Program-made: the position numbers and the translations under genes
Notes under the pieces: model-generated
What the model was told of the DNA's origin: nothing
Database searches by the model: none
Seen by the model: the letters and a program-made list of their open reading frames with translations, nothing else
Origin: Lytechinus pictus
Taxonomy: Eukaryota
Length of the DNA: 64,000 bases
Assembly (NCBI RefSeq): GCF_037042905.1
Contig: NC_087250.1
Location: 8,744,001 to 8,808,000 of the forward strand
Direction of reading: 5' to 3'
Shown: in pieces, positions 40,855 through 54,194 of the stretch
How the letters are laid out: every line of letters begins with the position of its first letter
Numbering within the stretch: position 1 is the first letter of the stretch

Positions 40855-41208
40855 GAAACCCTGTTATAACGAGCTCGCTTATAATGAAGTACAGGTAACC
40901 CTGTTTTAACAAGGTGGTCGGGACCATCAAATTTACCTCGTTATATTAAGCGGTACTTCGTTATAAACGGCAGATTTAATAATACATATAAAACACAGAT
41001 TTACGATCGGGACCAAAGGATTCCCCTCGTTATAAGCGAGTTCGTTATAACGGGGTTTCCCTGTACCGCTTATAACGAGGAGAATCCTTTGGTCCCAATT
41101 GTAAATGTGTTTCTATATGTGTTATTGAATCTGCCGTTTATAACGAGATACCGCTTATGACAAGGTAAAATCGATGGTCCCAAACACCTCGTTATAAGGG
41201 GTTTCATG
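40855..41208. mobile_element. Tc1/mariner(Tigger)-like MITE remnants with an internal inversion
   Basis: Repeated cgttataacg motifs; aaaccctgttataacgag / cgttataa.ggggtttc. Confidence 0.55.
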
Positions 41209-43138
41209 TGCACATGTACAAATTTTAAAATTTTAAAATCCAACCACTTTGTTAGCGGAGGGTTAATGATTAAAATGAAACATTAATGGCATTGCATAAT
41301 ATTATCTGCACCCACCAAATTTGTAAAGCTGACAAATTTAAACACAAAAACCAAAATTGTACATCTTGACAAATGTTTAATCAATAATGAGCTAAGTCTT
41401 GTTACTTACTAATTATCCCCTGAAGCTTGTCACTGTCCAGAGGTGGCTTTGCGCGACCTGCCACATTCTTCGCACCAGTCAGTGACGAGGTCAGTAGGGT
41501 AGGCCTGCCGAACACCGCCAGCATCAAATCGCAGGTGTACTTGCGAAAATCACCAGCGTTGCACCTGTCGAGGACGTTTCGACTAAGAGAGACCTTCGAT
41601 CCAAGGGCAATCTGTTGGGACTTAAGAAAATACAACATGGTTAGTGATTATATGCTGATATACCCTACTGACTTAATCATGGCCAACATAAATGAGGGTA
41701 AATTTACTGTAACATATTTAATGCAATGGTTGAAATTAACAAAGATTTATACAAACCATTGTTCACATCTATGAAATACCATTTGTAAACTGATGGATAA
41801 AATAGATGGATCTTTTGACTGTGCGCAGGAAGGGGAGGACGGGGGTTGGATTCCACCCCCTCACTTTTTGCACGATAATTCTGCAACGCACGCAGGTATT
41901 GCCGCGCGACTTCAGGAGTTTTTTCATCGAAGTCTTCCGCATCGTATGAGACCAAATTTCGCAACGACCATGTGTATACCCTTTTGTAAGCGATTGCTAG
42001 CCCGGAAATCGCTAAATTTTGTGATTTGTGTACAAATCCTATGGAAACTGATTTTTTTTTCCAATAAGAGAAAAAAGCTTCATTAATTTTTTTTTCAATC
42101 AAAACTATCTTTTGATTTTGGGCTAAAAATTGTTGACTGATGGTAAATAATTTTTCCATCGAAAAAACAAACAATAAAAAATAAAATAAAATAAAAAAAA
42201 AACATAAGAAATTCCAAAAACAAAGAAATACACCAGGAATTATTTGGCTGTCGCAATTTTGAAAACATGTTATAAGTTATAAAATATGATGATGCACAAA
42301 TTGAGCATATTGTCAATTATATTTCGAGATTTATAGACAAAAGGGATTTCGCATAATTTTGCATAATTAACAATACTGATTTTTTCAAAAAAATATTACA
42401 ATCTTGTAGATTATGTCGCAGGTTATGGTGCCAACTTTCGTGGCGGCGGCGCGTTCTGCGGCCGAGATTTCTTGTGGGGGGGGGGGTGCGGGCTATAGAC
42501 TAACCTGGCCTGGTGAGGACTAAATACTGTTAACAATATTGACAGTACACACTTAATGCAACAAATAAATGTTTCTGAAATATTTTGCCGATTTGCAAGC
42601 TCGAACCATCATATAATTAGAAATTGTTATCTTGTATACGAGCAGTAATCAATGTTAATCATGGTTATGTACAAATTTTCTTTTTGAATCTGGGCCACTT
42701 AGTCGAACTAAAATATTTATACATGAAGTAATTACCTGTGGTCGTGCTGATGATGGCGAGGATTGGGTGGAGGACTGGGTGGAGGAACGAGCGGGCGAGG
42801 AACGAGCGGGCGAGGATGATGTAGATGACCCTCCTGATGGACAGTGCATCTCTTCATGATCAGCCTGCCAATGAAAACGAAAATCCATATTTCATACCAT
42901 CAAATATTTACCAAGATTTTACTGCAAAGTAGGTCAAGCAATCAAAGGAAACAAAAGCAAACAGAAAATAGCAAATAGCATAAGAGATTTGCATGCATGT
43001 TTCCTCCTCTAAAAAATGACTTCTAAATAGTTACTAATTCCCACTGATTCAGTTTTCATAGACCTATACAATATAACGATCCATCCAGAGTAATTCATCA
43101 TAAACACAAATGCACGCTGGCCTGGAATCGCTTTGCCT

Positions 43139-43598
43139 AAAGGAGTGATCACACAGTCATGACTATACCCACAAATGCTGTACACATTTGCCTGCGGTAT
43201 TAACCTGTACGATCGTAGTTCGCCATGTATCGACCATACCTACATATGCTCAATGCATACTGTATGCATATTTGCGAATGCCACAAGAATGCAGTGAGAC
43301 AGCAGTAAATATGCGATACTCTTCCATCAAGAAAGAAGAACCAGTACGAGGGTTACACACTTGGTACAATTGCAGTAAGAATGTCATAGGTATTGTCCAC
43401 CATTCTTACTGCAATCATACTGAGTTCGCAAGACATCGTACTGGTTCTTCTCCATTCTTGATGGAAGTGTTATCGGATTCTTACTGCTTTCTCATGGCAT
43501 TGGCAAATATGTGAACAGTAGACATAGAGCACTAGTTCGTACCACATGCATACAGCAAATTCGTGGGTATAGTCATGTCCAGTGTGACCACCCCTTAA
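43139..43598. mobile_element. Palindromic MITE
   Basis: catgactatacccac / gtgggtatagtcatg near the ends; agaaccagtacga / tcgtactggttct internally. Confidence 0.65.
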
Positions 43599-44580
43599 GA
43601 TTCACAACATACCTTGAGTCTCGACATCTCCTCCATATCCACTATGAACCCTTTAAAGGTTTAGATGAATTTAGGCACTCCTTGAACAAAAACAAAATAA
43701 CATAGATATTTATTCATACCACTAAAAATTGAACTATTTAAAACTATGAAGGTATTATATGAAGAAAAATTTGCCAAACCGAAGCTGAATACTCTAGAAT
43801 GGAGAAGAGAGCTGGAGATTTAATACAAACATAAGATCATGACACAGATAAAAAAAAGTAGAAAACTTCTTTGAGAGATTGGGATACCTCAGAAAAAGAA
43901 GCCACTCCATGAATTTCACAAAGTTCAGAAGGCTTATACAGAGTTGTTAACATATGGAACAAGTCCCCTCATTCCAACTTTTTTTTTTACCAACTATTCA
44001 ACATGAATTATTTAAATGGGCTCAAAAGGGCACCATAAACTAAAGGTTTGTTTAACGAATATGTGAGGTATATGACTATGAGGTATTGTCCAAGCATTTG
44101 AATACTAAATAATGGGAGGAAATACTGTACCTTGCAAAAACAACAGCTGTTGCTGTATCTTTTCCCTAACTGCCTTCTCCTTAGTCAGCTTCACCTGCAG
44201 ATCCTCAGTCTCTCTCCTTGATTTCTCCAACTGCTTTTTCAGGTCAATTATCTCACCACTTGTTCCACTTCCCGTTGCCGTACGTCCATTTGATTTTTTC
44301 TGTCAGAATGATAACAAATCGGACACTAGTTAAAAAGTATGGTTTATGAATGTGAACCAGCGCAATTACCTCGTCATAACAGGATTTAGTTAATTTTGAC
44401 CAATAACAAGGTTTCACTGTGAATTAGGATTTGTAAGATTTTACATGGCAATTAGCATACTTATCTAACTAAATATATTGACTTTGTACATTTATAATGT
44501 TTAATTACTTAGCTAAATATGTTCAATGAAAATTTTAAAGGATTCATTCAAATGTGTTAAAATTGTAGCAATCAATAGGA

Positions 44581-47283
44581 GGGCAAGTCCAAGATAAGGT
44601 CCCCTGAGAAGACAAAATTTCATCTTTGGTCAACATTGAAATGTTTGGTGTCATTTTGAAGCATGATAGTTGAAATTTAAAATTCTGTGAAGGAATAAAT
44701 TGTATCATGCAAATTTATGCAAATTTCAGTGACTTAATTTGCATAAATTAGAAATGCTGTGTTACGTATGGGACAAATATAAAAAATCATTATTATTTAA
44801 AGAGGAAGATCAGTAGTGGGCGAGAGGGCGTTGGAACCATTTAACTATTTTGGGAGCTGGAATGAAAATAACTAAAAATACTGAAGTAAGATCATTAATT
44901 TTAAACAAATGTCACGTTTATTTGATCAAAATCGGTTCAGAAATGGCTGAAATATCAAAGAAAACAGATATTTACTTTTGTACGTGGCCCACGTACAAAA
45001 GTCGATAACGGCCGTGTGTATTGATATTTGAATTTTACGAACGAATTTTCGCTCTTCGATGGATACAAGATCAACCTTTTTTCATTCATAAAATCACACA
45101 GAAGTAAAATTAGGTGTCCAAAATTCCACGATAGTTCTTTAATGATGTTTTCTTTATATAAATACCCATTAACCTGATTTCAAATACATTTCGAGTTCCT
45201 AAACCACTACTGATCTACACCTTTAAAGGAACACAATTGAAATTTTATTAATATGTGGACCTAAGAGGTTCATCATCTATTTTAATTTGGTATGAAAATT
45301 TATGCACGACGCAATTAATTATGCAAATTAGGTCGCGTCCTATCAGCGATTGTCCCATACGTAACAAATTGAGGACATTTTTTTAGTTTATTTCTGAATT
45401 TGTAAAAGTTATTGCAGTGCTATTCTGGGAAGTTCTAATTTATTGTGTTAAGAAGTTAGATACTGGTTAGAAAGAAAAGAAATAACAATTAGACCCATTT
45501 TTAATTAGCAAATGAAATAATGTTACGTATGTGACAATGTGTTACGTATGAGACATCCCCATATATATTGCATGCGAATGTACATGCAGCAGGCATCAAT
45601 AGTTTCTCAGTACATGAATGGTCAATGAGCCTGCAGCATGCATCCCAATCTTGCAGCCACTGTCTTGAGACAATACTAGACTGCTGCATTCTAAATGGGG
45701 AGAGGTAGGTAAAATAAATCAGCATGAAATGTGTAAAATATATTAATTTAGGTAGAGCATAATCCATACAGAAGTCATCACTTCATTTGAGAACAATCTG
45801 AATATGAAGGAGCACATTTGTTCTTCAAGAAATGCAACAACATTAAGCCATCCAGAAGAACCTGATTCAGATTGAAAGAATGCTATAATTTGATTAAAAA
45901 ATACCCTCTTATTTATTAATTTGTAAGAAAGGTGAAAATATATGACAATCAGACAGTTGCCATTACTGTCAGCCTCGGAATCATGAGGAAGAAAACAAGT
46001 CTTGCAAAACAAAGTTCAGCTTTGCTAATGAACCAGAGACAGATTTTTTTTTTTTACCTCCACCAGTTACTACCAATCAAGAAATTCACATCTTTACAGA
46101 GGAAAGTGTAGCTACTGAGTAAGATAAATACAGTGAAGAGGGATAACAAAAAAAAAAAAAAGAACAAATTTTACAAAAATTATGTGATGATGCAGAAGAT
46201 GCCCATAAAAAATAGCCTTTCAGAAAAGTTTTGTTAGAAACTGTGACAACATCAAGAATTTTAACTGTGTATTATTTCATATTGTGGCCCCCCTGTTCAA
46301 GATTAAATCTACAGGTAGTAAAGATGTATTTGATAAAAGCAAGGGTGTGTATGCTTTCATTTTAGAAATCATGCAACTGTTTCATGGCATTTCATATTTA
46401 GGGAAAATACACTAATATAGACCAAGAACGGTGCACGGTGGTTCATTATATTCGCACAGAATGATCATACTTGTTTGTAGATCTATAGCTGGTATTACTC
46501 AAGTGGTTCTTCTTGAACAATAGAAAAGGCATTTTCACACAGTTTAATTATACAACTTAAAAGCCCAGTGAATGTATAAAAATTGCCCCCACCCCCAAAT
46601 AAAAAAAACAAAAAAATATCATCAAAACTTCTATAATAATTAGCACTAGTAAATACATGTTCAAATCAGTTAGTGGTTGATTAGCAGCATGCCCGTATGA
46701 AACAAAATAGATAAAAATGAAAAATATAATCAAATATGATTATGGTTGTAAATTTTATTGGAATTTCATTTTCCTGACAATTTGCAAACAAATCTGATTA
46801 ATTACAGCTTATTTCACTTTGGTAACCAGACCAAAAATCCAATATACGCTTTCCACACACTAAACGAATAGGGGAAAAAATGTCCCATACGTAACACGTC
46901 ATATCTGTCTTTAATCAGAGCCTGTACTTAGAGCTTTCTGCCTTTTTACATGAAATTTATCCTTGGTAAACTTGAGTGCTGTGACTTTTATCACAGTGAG
47001 TTTCAAGGTTTTAAATGAAATACTTTCTGAGCAATTTCAACTTGAAAAAGAAATTAAAAAAATCTCTTTTCTTCTGGTCCCATACGTAACAGCACACATT
47101 TTCTCTTCTAAAATCTCATTGTCAAGGTCATTTCTCACAATTTTTTACATGAATACACTTCTCCTGGATATCAATCACCATGGTTAAATTCAATGCAATC
47201 AAAGTTCCTTTACACCATTTTTCTGGAAATAAAAGCCTCTGAAATGTCCCATACGTAACACGCGCGTTATCTTGGACTTGCCC
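44581..47283. mobile_element. Non-autonomous TIR element, Sola2-like
   Basis: AGGA|GGGCAAGTCCAAGATAA ... TTATCTTGGACTTGCCC|AGGA (4-bp TSD, GRG termini); dispersed tcccatacgtaaca motifs. Confidence 0.75.
44801..45222. mobile_element. Kolobok-type MITE nested in the Sola2-like element
   Basis: TTAA|agaggaagatcagtagtgg ... ccactactgatctacacct|TTAA. Confidence 0.75.
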
Positions 47284-48460
47284 AGGACTGAGCATTTAGT
47301 TAATTGTCATATAACAGTGATTTTAGGACACTTTGCATATGTGAACAAACTTATAGCTTACTATGCATCAACAGGTACCTTAGATTAATCACGCTTGCAA
47401 GTTGCAATTCCAAGGTGTTTAAATAGCTGCACATACCGTTTCATTGGCACCAAACATTTGCTTCCTGAGATCCCTGGCCATCTCATTGCACTGTGAAATT
47501 TTTGATTTTGATTTCTGAAAAAGGAAAAGATAGAAGTAAAAACAATTTTATGATTTTTTTTAAATAGTACTGTTTAGCATCTTGGGAATTGTCTAGGCAC
47601 ACAAGTTACACAACCATTGGCGATTGCAGTTACTTCATGAAGAAAAATTTAGCAATATGTAGACGCTTAGAACCATCTGTATTAAGCACCCAAGAAATTT
47701 AAAAAAAGAGCAAAAACATGTTATTCTGTTTCTACAAATTGAAAACAAATATCCCTCCTTATACATTTTAACCAGAACATTTGTTTATAAATATGATTGA
47801 GCTGCATAATATTGAAACAAAGCCAACAATGTTATTTCTGTAAACTGTAAAGGATTTATTGACTATGTTTGTTGATGAGTTTGTAAATGATAACTGGATA
47901 GAAAGATTTTGTTAATCTGTCAGTCATCAAAAATTACTTCCAGTGTTGGGATATCATATGACACATGTACACACACCTTTGTTTCTTTTGGTTGAGGCTC
48001 CTCATCATCCGTCTCCAACTCCGAAGATGAATACATGTATGTGCGTGTTGGTTTCTTCTTTCTCTTCCCTCTCCCAGTTTCCTTATCAGTCTCCATTGAT
48101 TGCCCGTCACACATCTTGTTCCTTTTTCTGATGAGATTATCCTTGGATCCTTTAAACAATTTTGAAACAAATTAAAAAATTAACTATACAATTTCAAACA
48201 AACTCACTTGGAGCTTTCCCACTCCTCATTTGGTTTGGTTTATGGAAATAATTAATACAAAAATCACTTTTCAAATGTCTCCATAATCATGATAATTGCT
48301 TTAACATATCAGGGAGACCCCGAAAAATTTTTTTAACAGGCTAGGGCACTTCTAAAAAATAATCATGCACATAATCATGTTTATGTCAGATTGTCAATTT
48401 CTAGTACCTACCTCATCATTCATGCAGCTCGTCAGCGCCACACATACAGACATAACTCTG

Positions 48461-48736
48461 GGGCGATCCGAATCCACTCAAAAGTGAACAAAAAACTAAA
48501 AAAGTTCACATTTGTGCAGTTGGCCACGGGAGGGAAGTCTCGGAAGCCATTAAATGACTGAATTTGTGCCGAATGGAGGGGGAAATCCGATTCTTTTATG
48601 GAGGCACAGCAAAGCTAGCATATTGCGTCATATTTTGGTGGTAATTAAGTATTGCATGATTTTATTATTTTAAAGCTGAATTCAGCTGCACAAATGTGAA
48701 CTTTTTTTGTTCACTTTTGAGTGGATTCGGATCGCC
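48461..48736. mobile_element. MITE with ~60-bp TIRs
   Basis: ggcgatccgaatccactcaaaagtgaacaaaaaa / ttttttgttcacttttgagtggattcggatcgcc. Confidence 0.75.
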
Positions 48737-49149
48737 ACGCGCAGCGTGGCAATCCTCGGAGTTAACAGACATGTAACTCCGGGGATCGCTAGCGCGACAG
48801 CGCTAGTGATCCGGAGCCAAAAATGTCTAATGGGAGTAATGCGCAGCGAAAAACTGCTTTAAAATAATTTAAAAAAAAAAAAAAAAAAAAATCTGCTAGC
48901 GATGCCCGGAGTTAAATAACAGACATGTTGATAATGCATGTGAGGCTTGGTCTTGGAAATTTACTAGTACTACGTGATCATGTGGTCAGTGCCACTGTTT
49001 ACATCGCACTCACTGCAATATACCAACATCATGGCAATGTACGAACATCAGAACATAAATCACAGACAATGTTTATAATATAGAAGAGTAGCTAGTAGAA
49101 CATTCAAATACAAAGTCAAATTCAGTTAACAAAAATAACGGTAAAGCCT

Positions 49150-49702
49150 AAAGGTCTACAATTGCACACCCCCCTGGCATTTCAAAAGTGTATGGCCGAT
49201 TGAGATGAAATTTGCACAAATTGATGCTCTAATAATGATTAATACATTACGATATCGGCATCGACATCCAATGCGATCGCAATGGAGAGTAGTTGTTGCC
49301 TCCGATCGTACAACCAATTGTGATCAATCCCAAACAATAATAACGCTGATCATAACATGTGATAAACTTTTTTCCATTATGAATATAAATTATAAGGGAA
49401 AAAATAACAGAAAAAAATGTAAAAAGTCTTGTTAATGTTATCACACTCACAGCGTTATAATTGTTTGTGATCCATCACAATTGGTTGTACGATCGGAGGC
49501 AACAACTACTCTCCATCGGCATCGCAATCGCAGCCATTGCCATGTTGACACCGATAAGGCGATATCGTGAGTTCCCGCCTTCGAATTTCTTTGAAATTTT
49601 TGTCACATATCAATCATTATTAGTTAGAGCATCAATTTGTGCAAATTTCAATCGGCCAAATATTTGTTGAAATGCCAGGGGGGTGTGCAATTGTAGACCT
49701 TT
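49150..49702. mobile_element. Long palindromic MITE
   Basis: aaaggtctacaattgcacacccccctggcatttcaa and its reverse complement at 49667-49702. Confidence 0.85.
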
Positions 49703-49807
49703 TTTTACCAAAATAACAATTTGAATCAATATAGATCTAATTAATAGTACATTGACTGTAATACTGGTAGTGGTACAAGTCAATGGACCATGTCAATTGA
49801 CTGTTAA

Positions 49808-49978
49808 CCCATCAGTGCCTAAGGCTAAGCCCCGCATATTTGTGGGATGGTAGTGATATTTTAACGAATAATGGCCAACAAAATTTACGACAAATACGAG
49901 TTGCCAATTTGTAGAGGAAAACAATGATCAATTTGGCCTTTAGCCTTTAGGCTTTAAATAGCTCTCGTCCTTGATGGG
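49808..49978. mobile_element. piggyBac-like MITE
   Basis: TTAA|CCCATCA ... TGATGGG|TTAA. Confidence 0.55.
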
Positions 49979-52101
49979 TTAATGAGTCACAAGTAGATCT
50001 ACTAACATACACAAGGTGTTTTACACATATGACAAGAATATATAGGATTAGGAATGGTGGCAGTGAGTGAGCATGTCAACAATAATGTTACATTCCCATG
50101 GCCATGCACACGTTTGTCTTCGGCTTCGCAGACGCAGTTTCTTTTTGGAAGGTTTAGATCTATTTGAAAGTCGATTTGAACTTGAAGAAAAATATGTAGG
50201 CCTACGTTAAATTCTTTAGACTTAAATATTGTATGACATCAGATGTGTTCATTATGAGATTGTGCAGCCGATCATATAATTTTCAATTTGATTTTATGCA
50301 GAGAATATGTATTTTTGACATTATTCGTTGACATGTACGTCATTGTAAATATGTATGACCACAATTATCGTATAGTAATGCATGCATGATGCATGGGACT
50401 GAGTTGCATGGGTACACCGTACGGACTTACTATTTACAGCCAACACTGTTGCTCGATACTTCTCCGTTTTGCTGCCACTGACCCACATAACTTCAACAGC
50501 TTGATCGACATAGCTTTCAGGATCCACATCCTTGTCCGTGTCTAATATCCAAGAAAATGGTCCAATTTCGACGCTGTCATCGCTTTCAAATTCAAAAAGA
50601 CAGAAGAACTCGTCTGAAGCTGGTGGCGGCATAGTGAGGCTGAGATCTTGAATGAAAAATAGACGATCGCGCGCGCCTTTCTACGATCCAATAAAAAAGG
50701 TGCACGCGCGTCACGTGATTTTTCGAGATACGCGCATGCGTCCTTCAGGTGATCACGATTGTCAAACAATCGCGTACATATTACATCGCATGATTTTACT
50801 GTTCAATGTCCATATTGCATGTAAAGATTAATTAGCCTATATAAATTTCCCGGGATAATTATCATCCTTTTATTGTGAGTATAAACGATAATTGATTTAC
50901 AGGGACCGCGGGGTATCGCGGAACGGGGTGGGGGGGGGGGACTGAGGGTTGCAGCCCCCGCCCCCCCCCCCTCCCCCATAATTATTCCAGGATAAATATT
51001 CTCCAACGACATTGTTACAAAGATATATCTACTAAATGTTTCCGTTCAAACCTGACCACTGTTAATGAGGCAATTCACAAGCTTGAATCATGCGTTAGAA
51101 CGATCGTGAATTGTGGAGGTTTTCAATCTCATGAAATCGTTTGTTTGTTTGTTTTTCACAGTATACATTTTTTATAAAAAATGTTCAATTATTTCAATTC
51201 AATTATGGGCGTCGATCCCGATCCATTCATCAGGGGATGATCGGGGCACCACCCCTTTCCCTGATGAATACTGGGTATTACGTAAGTATCGACGCTCATA
51301 TTCCGGCCGGGGCTCATAATAGCATTTAATTGCTCCGATTCATAATTTTGTGAGAACCTATACTGAAAAGTAGTTGAAAGTTTTTTCAATTCATATTCCT
51401 TAAGTGTTGGGTAGAAGAGAAATACGAAACATATAGTGGGTCCTAATTGTTATATAGGCCTATCAATTTCGAAGTAAATTTATATCATTTCCGAACCGGC
51501 ATCTAACATTGTAAATTGGTAAGCGGCAATGCCGACAAGAAAAGACAAACTTACTCAGTCAGGGGGCTTGGGGGCGCCCCCCCCAAAAAAAAAAAATAAA
51601 AAAATAAAAAAAATAAAATCATGGTTTTTTCCCAATTCCATAACAGTGATTGAAAAAAATACTATTTCTTCACACATGAAAACTCAGATTTTACTTTATG
51701 TCAAGTCACATAATTCAAAGCAAAACATTATATAAAAACACATTTAGGGGGGTTTAAACCCCCTTGGGCTGCCGAAAATACGCTACATACGCTGCTTCAC
51801 AGCTTGGGCCGCAAAAAAAAAAAGCACAAAAACGCAAAGTTTCGCCACTTCACGGCTCATTTCGTCAAAACCCCCTTGGTAAAATATTTAGATCCGCCCC
51901 CCCCCCCCAGCCTCTTTAGGGTTAATATTTGCAACCAACAAAAAAACCCAGTAATAATTGAAATAAAAGAGAAAACTCAATAAGGTGCTATGTATTTTGT
52001 GTTGCATTGTGTTGTGTATCCTAATTCTTTTTTTTTTTTTTTTTTATCAAACTTGGAATGGGATGAAATGCACTGCTGTTACATAATATATATGTATATA
52101 C

Positions 52102-53588
52102 CATAGGCTTAGGAACCGGGGGGGGGGGGGGGGGGGGCTCGGATATCATTGAGCCCCCCCCCCCCCCCAATATTTTTGGCGGGGCTAATATAATAATATC
52201 ATTGAGCCTCCAATTTTTGGTCACAGATCCTGGATCCTCCTCTGTTAAGCCCATGTTAAAATGATTATTTCAGATGATTTTTAAATGTGGGATTAGAATG
52301 CAGTGATTTCAGGTCACTTTATCGAGAGAGAAAAACTTCAGCTTGCGCTACGCGCTCCCATGATTTCATTGCCTTTTGCAGTGGCGGCGCCACAGGGGGG
52401 GGGGGGCCCACACACCTCATATTCTGGCAGCGAGGTGCCCGAATGCCCTCATAATTTTGTAATTTCATGCCTGTCATATAAAATTTCGGCATTTTACACA
52501 GCAAAAATCTCAAAATTGTTGGTCAAAAAAGCCTAAAAGGCCAAAAAATTGTGCTTGCTCGCAAATTAAAACAGGGAAGTTGTTAACAAAAATATTGAGC
52601 CCCCTAGATAGGTGTGCCTTTACCCCCATCTTCAAACACACGCACAGATTATATTCTGGCAGCAAGGTGCCCGAATGCCCTCACAAATTGGTAATTTAAT
52701 GCGCGTCCAATAAAATTTTGGCATTTTAAACACAAAAAAAAAAAATCTCAATTTTTTTGCTCGCTCGCTTCGCTCGCTCGCAAATTTAAACCAGGAAATT
52801 GATATCTGGCAAAATTGTTCACCCCCCCCTAGATAAAGTGTGCCCGTATGCCCATCCTCTAATTTATTGTCTCAACCCCCCCCCCCCCCTAAAACCATGA
52901 CATTGCACAAACACAGATGCACTGCTCATAATCTGGCAACAAGGTGCCCAAGTGCCCTCATAATTTTGTCATTTCATGTCCATATTTAAAAAATCGGCTT
53001 TTCACAGCAAAAACCTCAAAATTTTTGCTCGCTCGCTTCGCTCGCTCGCAAAATAAAACCGGGACGTTGATATTCGGACAAAAAGGTTGAGCCCACTTGA
53101 TAAAGTGTGCCCTTACGCCCATTTTTTTATTGATATCTAAAGCCTAACACCTCCGCTTCCATTTTACCCATGGAACATTTTAGTAAAGAATAATACACAA
53201 CTATTATAGTGAAGAGACATAGAATTTCAGAATATCATGCAATCGTGCACTGGCTGGTTGATAATTACAAACACACATCAAAGGACCTCGAAACTGTATA
53301 ATCATAATGATATATTTTGCATTTTCATGTTATTAACGGTTAAAATAATTGCGTGTGTTTTTCTAAAAATGGGGGTAGAGCAAAGAGAGAAGAAAAAGAA
53401 AGGCTTAACAATTTACGCAAAAGGACACTCTAAAAAGGCGCAGAAACAGAAAAAAATGACTGTCTAAAATGCTGACAAGGGGGGGGGGGGGGGAGTCGGG
53501 GGGAAAAAAATCTTCAAACGGCCGGTCAAAAACAAAAGATCTAGCCCCCCCCCCCTCCCCCAATCCTAAAAATCTTCCTAAGCCTATG
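52102..53588. mobile_element. TIR element (hAT-like) with ~270-bp internal repeats
   Basis: CATAGGCTTAGGAA ... TTCCTAAGCCTATG; tgctcgctcgcttcgctcgc repeats. Confidence 0.75.
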
Positions 53589-53754
53589 TATATATATAAA
53601 TATATATAGGCCTATAGACCCTATAGGCTATACATAAATATACATAATATATATATGTAATTATGTAGGCCTATATGAAGCTGTCAAAGTGATATTATGT
53701 GAAGAATGGAGGAATCCTGCACTAAAAAGTGGAGGAGCTTAGTGCCACACTACA

Positions 53755-53905
53755 CCTGGCAGGAATTTATTCCTTGAAATGCCCCAGCGCTGTAAAAGGC
53801 TGCGGGGCTAAAGCCAGGGTAATAATATCCAAGTCCTTTGGAAGCGCGTAGAGACGTTATTTATAATGTGTTATGCGCTATACAAGAACTGTCTATTATT
53901 ATTAT
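53755..53905 (+). mobile_element. tRNA-SINE 3' half with (tat)n tail
   Basis: cctggcaggaatttattcc..gcgctatacaagaactgtctattattatt; continues the 36262-36395 head as judged from the 2645-2840 copy. Confidence 0.8.
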
Positions 53906-54194
53906 ATGCATGTACATGTGCCAACAAGCTCAGTTGCCAAACTGTTTCTCTTTGAAATAGGCCTATTTGTTTTGGCATTCTAACAATAACTTCAGATATT
54001 GGATTCTGCATTTTACTGAAACAATGCTGGTTGATCGTAATGAATCTTGCATGCGATGCATGTACAAATTATGCATATTGATATGATCACATATTAGTAA
54101 CATTAAACTTGCATTGCAACATGAGATATATATGAGGGACTGCAATCATCAAGTATACAGGTACATGTAATAAACACAATATTAATTGTTATAC

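Larger units (their letters stand above)
40014..50632 (-). pseudogene. 8-exon coiled-coil + BEN-domain protein gene (~401 aa, one internal TAA)
   Basis: Exons 50632-50431, 48149-47977, 47514-47437, 44299-44131, 43680-43613, 42864-42736, 41620-41410, 40189-40014; all GT-AG and phase-compatible (1206 nt); BEN motif FRKYTCDLMLAVFGRPTLLTSSLTG..PLDSDKLQGII..IRIVMRNK; TAA at 43661-43663. Confidence 0.8.

Noticed and set aside
50895..50906. tttacaggg as the right TIR of the 36396 element
   Set aside because: Match too short and imperfect, no TSD, no subterminal array
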